Source: Bugula neritina (Eukaryota; Animalia; Bryozoa). Taken from it: 64,000 bases of DNA. The position numbers were made by a program, and so were the translations under genes. The stretch spans positions 11,088,722 through 11,152,721 of the forward strand of contig OZ037766.1 of assembly GCA_964035545.1 (NCBI GenBank), given 5' to 3'. Below the pieces are notes generated by a model, which ran no database searches, was not told the origin of the DNA, and was given only the letters and a program-made list of their open reading frames with translations. Positions 59,201 through 64,000 of the stretch are shown one piece after another (positions within the stretch are counted from its first letter, which is position 1; the number at the start of each line of letters is the position of its first letter).

Positions 59201-61450
59201 AATTTTGGTAGAATAAAGCACCATACAGTTATGCAAAAATGTTTAATTTGTTAGCAAATTTCAACTCTTTATTACATAACTAGTAAATGCTTATATCAAC
59301 AGGCAGTCTAAGCTGCATTTATACACAAGGCAAGCTTTCTAATCTATGCAGGGAAATATGCTCTGTAGACACAAATTACATTATTTCTTCTAAACCTTGT
59401 TTTAAATTTGTTCGAAGACAAAACACAGCAAATGTTACTCTAGAGTCTAGATTGTCAAAAATATGGTACAAGTAAATCCTCCAACCTGTATATAAATTAG
59501 CTTGACTTGTTTTAGTATCAAACTGTGTTTCAATATATTTTGGCACAAATGTTATAAAGCCGGTAACGATGACCATTTCAAATACAGTCGCCACATTTAG
59601 CAGCATGTAGACTGGGTTCTTCAGCAACTTCATGACAGCTTTAGGAAACTCTGCAATAAGGAAAATGTGATTCCTCCATAAATTTATTCAATCACTAACA
59701 TAAAAAAGAAACTTGTGAAACTGGGCATTGATTTAAAACTCGTTTTAATATTAACATAGTTGAACTTACGTTTTAATGTTGAAGAACTAGTTTGTTGTGT
59801 ATCAGATAGATGAGTACTTGTCTGGCTTTGTTGTGATTGGCTACAGTGAAGAGATGTGGTGACCTCTTCTGATACAGAAACTTGCAGCTCTTTACGATCC
59901 TGAGGTAGCTTTTTAGGGAAAGCAAAAAATGGTGGTGCATTTAGAACTGTTAGCACTCCAAATATTAAGAACCCGACCCACCATGCACCAACCCATTGGG
60001 GATCTGATGATGTCAGAGATTGTTTTATAACAGATGGCTTTAGGAAATCAACATAAAGCTCCATTAAGGCTGCTCCACACCCAAAGCCAAGGACTGGTCC
60101 TAACGTGGCAGAGGCGTACACAAACGCTGTAAATATTCATTAAAAATGTTTGATATTGCCTTTTCTGCATACAGAATATATTAACACAGCAGAAATTTAA
60201 AAGTAATATTTCACATAGTATCAACATTTTACATTAATAATTTGAAATTATGATTTCAAACTTCTAAAGCTCAAGGCCCTTTTCTCGGAAAACAGCTCGA
60301 CTTGACAAAATTATTTTTTATGCATGCAATGTATCTGCAAAAGACATTAGCATGTGTGTGAGAGTGATTCTATATAAAGCTAACATTGTACTGGTATTTA
60401 TGAGTGTAATTTCTCACACACCCCTTTGTTATTAGATAAAAGAATGGTTTCCCAAAAATAAGCAAGTCTTAAATCCTAAGTCTTAAGCTTCTAAAGCAAC
60501 ATTAATTTGATAACTATCCACTAGTACATTGTTTAGCAGATTCTGGAACTGAAAACAAGTTTTTAGGTTAATCATTAAATTGCAGCCACAATTTTGTTTC
60601 AAACATTTTACTTTGAAATTAAACAAAACCACAGGGGTCCTTAATTAAAAAAAAGTTATTATATACTTGTAAACTCACCTAAATATTGAGGAGATTTGGT
60701 TTTGGACACGTGACTATCAATGTAAGACAATGCTGAAGTTAAAATAGGAGCACTTCCTATTCCAATAAAGGACTGTGAAATTACAAATATGACAACATAT
60801 ATTTCAGTGCCAGACCGAAGCTCATCCTCAGTGCAGTGGCCATCACTGGCCAATAAGGATGGTTCACCCAGGCAAGATTTTTCTAAAGTTTGGTTTACAT
60901 TCTCATTTATAGTCACAGAATAAGGTTGAGAAATAAAATGTGGCAGCGAGAACAAGCATGTTCCTGTTCCAACAAGTAGAGTACCAACTCCTATAATCCC
61001 TGGTATACTTCTGCGATCTCCCAGATAGCTGACAAATATTACGGCTATAGTCGCTCCCACTTCATAAGATGCAACCACAAGGCCAATAACTAGACTTCCC
61101 AGCTCATATCTCTTCTCTATTGTAGTAATTACACTGGGTAAGTAACTGGCCGATATAGCCCCATTAGTACACGCCAAGAGACAGGTAACCGCAGTAAATA
61201 GCTGTATATTTGCGCATTTTTGTATCCATTTTGGTCTCCAAGTTCTGATTCCACATGATGTATCAACATTATCATCATCGCACTTTGTACCAAGGCAGTT
61301 GTTATCAATGACAGCACAGCTGTGACTTTGTTTGTTGACATCTGTAGCTGCTGCCAACAAGCTTATTTCACTCTCTTCCTCCTGTCCTCTTGCATCGACT
61401 GCACTGCTGCTTGCAATATGATTCAGTTGACAACCCGTCTGGGTTGCCAT
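53214..61450 (-). CDS. Organic anion transporting polypeptide (OATP/SLCO family; most reminiscent of SLCO3A1/SLCO5A1-like), ~728 aa, 12 coding exons
   Basis: Exons (minus) 61450-60679, 60126-59770, 59650-59486, 57575-57495, 57320-57203, 56116-55945, 55784-55627, 54855-54791, 54307-54179, 53713-53619, 53345-53333 (microexon, less certain), 53275-53214; 2187 nt. OATP signature DPQWVGAWWVGFL, ITTIEKRY, VSYLG, Kazal-like loop CNSDCSC...PVCG...TYFSSCHAGC, LPAPIIFGNIIDTTCLWW...C...NCLIY. Subfamily not resolvable by eye. Confidence 0.93.
57800..58302. mobile_element. Degenerate non-autonomous DNA-transposon remnant with CAAGTCA subrepeats
   Basis: Clusters of CAAGTCA at ~57832-57876, 58204 and 58280; weak CAG...CTG termini; a similar CAAGTC/GACTTG cluster lies at ~28440-28545. 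No convincing TSD. Confidence 0.3.
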
Positions 61451-62819
61451 ATCTCTGATTGAATTACAACAGCTAGAAAATGAAAACGATGGAAGTCATT
61501 AGCCAAGTTCAAGAGAATATAATTAAATAAATACAATTCTTAATCATTTACACTTGTTGTGACCAATGAACTTATTTGCCAGCTACTACTACTACTACTT
61601 GCAATATTATGACTAGTAGCACTACTATGTAAGTTACTGATAGCCCATAAAATGTCATGTGGTGCTACATTACGCCTTCTATATAGCATGGCAAATCTTT
61701 GAAGCACACTCAGTAATATTGCACTACAAATGCATAACATAATATGGATGGAGAGGAGTAGAGATTGCTACTGATTAAACAATACTCACTATGTCTGTTT
61801 TTTATCCAAAAACTTATCAAAGTAATAAAGATTGCATTCTTTTGTATTTGTAGAAATGACTCTTGCATACCATATACTTAGAATGATTGATTGAGTAAGC
61901 TATATGAATGTGAATCTTAGCTTTTAGGAAAACTTAACTTTGCCTGCTATCATTCTTTATTACAACAAGGAATGATAGTCTCATTTTTTATTCTGGCACT
62001 GCCTGTATAGCTACATTAACATAATATGCATAATATTAAGCAGAACTCAGTTTAGCTGCTATAATTGTTATGAGGGCTGCTCATACAAATGTCTCCAATG
62101 GGCACCAGGTCTTATTGCCAAATGTTTTTATGTAAGATTGGAATTAGAATTTATGTAAGATTCAGATTAGAAAGAGAAATAAGTAGGCTGTTGTTGCTAA
62201 AATAGGTATGTATGGACATGATTATAATATTTCTAACATGTGTTGAAATCATAGTTTATAGGCTTCTTACTATGCAGCTGTCATTAAATTGGTTACCTCG
62301 CTTGACTGAGTGTGATTCAATATGTAGTGGGATTGAGCAAGAATAGTCAATATGAAATAATTTAGCTGTATGAGACAATCACACGAATGAACGTGTTCTA
62401 AACTGCTAGTTTCCAACATGTGTAGAATGATGTGTAGCCAATTTAAGGCACTCTGTGTGAAAAAGTTGCTTTATTGTCTATAGCTTTTGTTTGTACTCAG
62501 TTTCTGGGCCTAATAGTAACACTAACAGAAAATTTTATAAAGATATCAAACACTTCAAGTTGATGTCTTTAGTATATGAAATGCCCAAAATAGTAGCCTA
62601 TAACTGTGGCATAACGTTGAATATTACTGACTCTCTAGACTCTTTCAACTTCAAGTGTTCTCGTATGATAACTTCACTTCAATATTTTCCTACCTTAGAC
62701 ATTGACACATTAACAGTAAAACACTACACAATGTCGCTGTCATTTATATTATATATTAATATAACAATAATAACCGTTATAATTAATCAGCAATATTGTG
62801 ATTATTATGTTAGTGTTAC

Positions 62820-63250
62820 CTGCTAAAAGAGTATAATCATACCACTGCTGGCAGACGTAGAATGAGAATCTTCTGCTGTAGATAATCTTGATTCATTTCA
62901 CAGAAGTATAGCACACCACAAACTTATCATAAATACTGGTAAGAAAAAACAAACGGGTTACTTATTTCATGAAGCTTACAATAGAAACAAAATCTACAAT
63001 AGTACAAAACTAACCAAAATATTATATTAAAGTATTCGACATGCACTGCTATTGTACCAACCACGCAGCAGTCAAGTTCTAGTATACGTTAGCCGCTAGC
63101 GTGCCGTGTTTGAGTCATACATTACCCGTGGAGTTATCTGGCATGGTATCACAGGTTTTCAATTATTAAGAGGATAACTCTATGTTTGAAACTATGGCAC
63201 AGAATAAGGGAAGTATTACGGACTATGATGGTTAGATCTCTCATCCACTG
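62820..63250 (-). promoter_or_regulatory. Putative promoter / 5' non-coding exon of the SLCO gene
   Basis: The SLCO ATG exon starts with an acceptor (~61473); minus-strand donor CAG|GTAAC at ~62819; CpG-retaining patch 63060-63130 (ACGTTAGCCGCTAGCGTGCCGTG). Confidence 0.4.
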
Positions 63251-63606
63251 AATTGAAACTATAACTATAGTTCAATGTCTCTCATCAGTGTTAAATAGCC
63301 ATGCGCCAGCTTATGATTTAAAGAAAGTACAACTCTAGTTTTCTCTAAATGGCAACACAGACAAGGCAATAAATACCAGCTACAGCTGTGAAATAATTTT
63401 TATTGGTTTAGAACTGTTTTACTAGCTTTTACATAACTAGAAAAATCTTGATACCACTTTTCATGACAGATTAGTCGATTAGATAGTGAAACAACATAAA
63501 GAAAACTTAGCACACTTATTTGTATATAAATACTAAAAAATCCAAATACAATTAGAAACATACAACCAAATGGTGTTTCAGGCAGTTTCTTTATGCAAGA
63601 TCAAAA

Positions 63607-63750
63607 TTACTTATTGTCAAGTTGACCTTTCAGGCGATCTAGCTTCATTTGTTTTCGTTTCAATTCCTCACTGAGCCTATTGATTTCAGACTGCTGGTGG
63701 TGAACTTCATCTTCAATGTGGTCATGTAAAGCCTTTATTTGTTGAGCTTG
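63607..63750 (-). CDS. ATP5IF1: Mitochondrial ATP synthase inhibitory factor 1 (IF1), terminal coding exon; upstream exons not found in the window
   Basis: After acceptor TTTACACTGTAG the frame reads QAQQIKALHDHIEDEVHHQQSEINRLSEELKRKQMKLDRLKGQLDNK*, aligning without gaps to the His-rich coiled coil of IF1 ([35 protein letters not shown]). Too short for the ORF track. Confidence 0.82.
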   Translation of the reverse strand, partial: QAQQIKALHDHIEDEVHHQQSEINRLSEELKRKQMKLDRLKGQLDNK

Positions 63751-64000
63751 CTACAGTGTAAAACATAAATTCACATGTATATAATGTAACTTTCTGAGTC
63801 AATGCCCTTCTGGAAGATATCGAACCATCAAATATAGAGGGGCATGGGGCAGAGATAGCTTCTTGCGACATCTTGTAAATACTTTAAATGAGCTTTTATT
63901 TTAAATAATCCAACAGAGTTTTGATTTTTTCTCTTATTTTTGTTCATTCCTACTTATTATAGCCAGTATTTACACTGAATTTTGCAACGTGTTGTCATGT

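Overview
AT-rich, CpG-depleted genomic DNA from an invertebrate animal (taxon not determinable from this window); no prokaryotic features. The first ~16.5 kb has no recognisable host gene and is dominated by DNA-transposon derivatives: a Harbinger-type MITE, a pogo-like deletion derivative, two foldback MITEs and a 3.1-kb near-palindromic Sola2-like element. The rest is a compact block of intron-containing genes whose exon chains I rebuilt by hand with consistent splice phases: SMAD4 (+), ERK1/2-type MAPK (-, with two U12-type minor introns), an orphan gene with a divergent PKA RIIa-like dimerisation/docking motif (+), ALDH9A1 (-), STOML1/UNC-24 (+), an OATP/SLCO transporter (-, probably with a 13-nt microexon) and the last exon of ATP synthase inhibitor IF1 (-). 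The most unusual observations are the head-to-head Sola2 palindrome, a recurring patchwork of short direct and inverted duplications flanking every inferred promoter, and the R2D2-like orphan gene head-to-head with ERK. All family assignments come from recalled motifs; no database searches were run.
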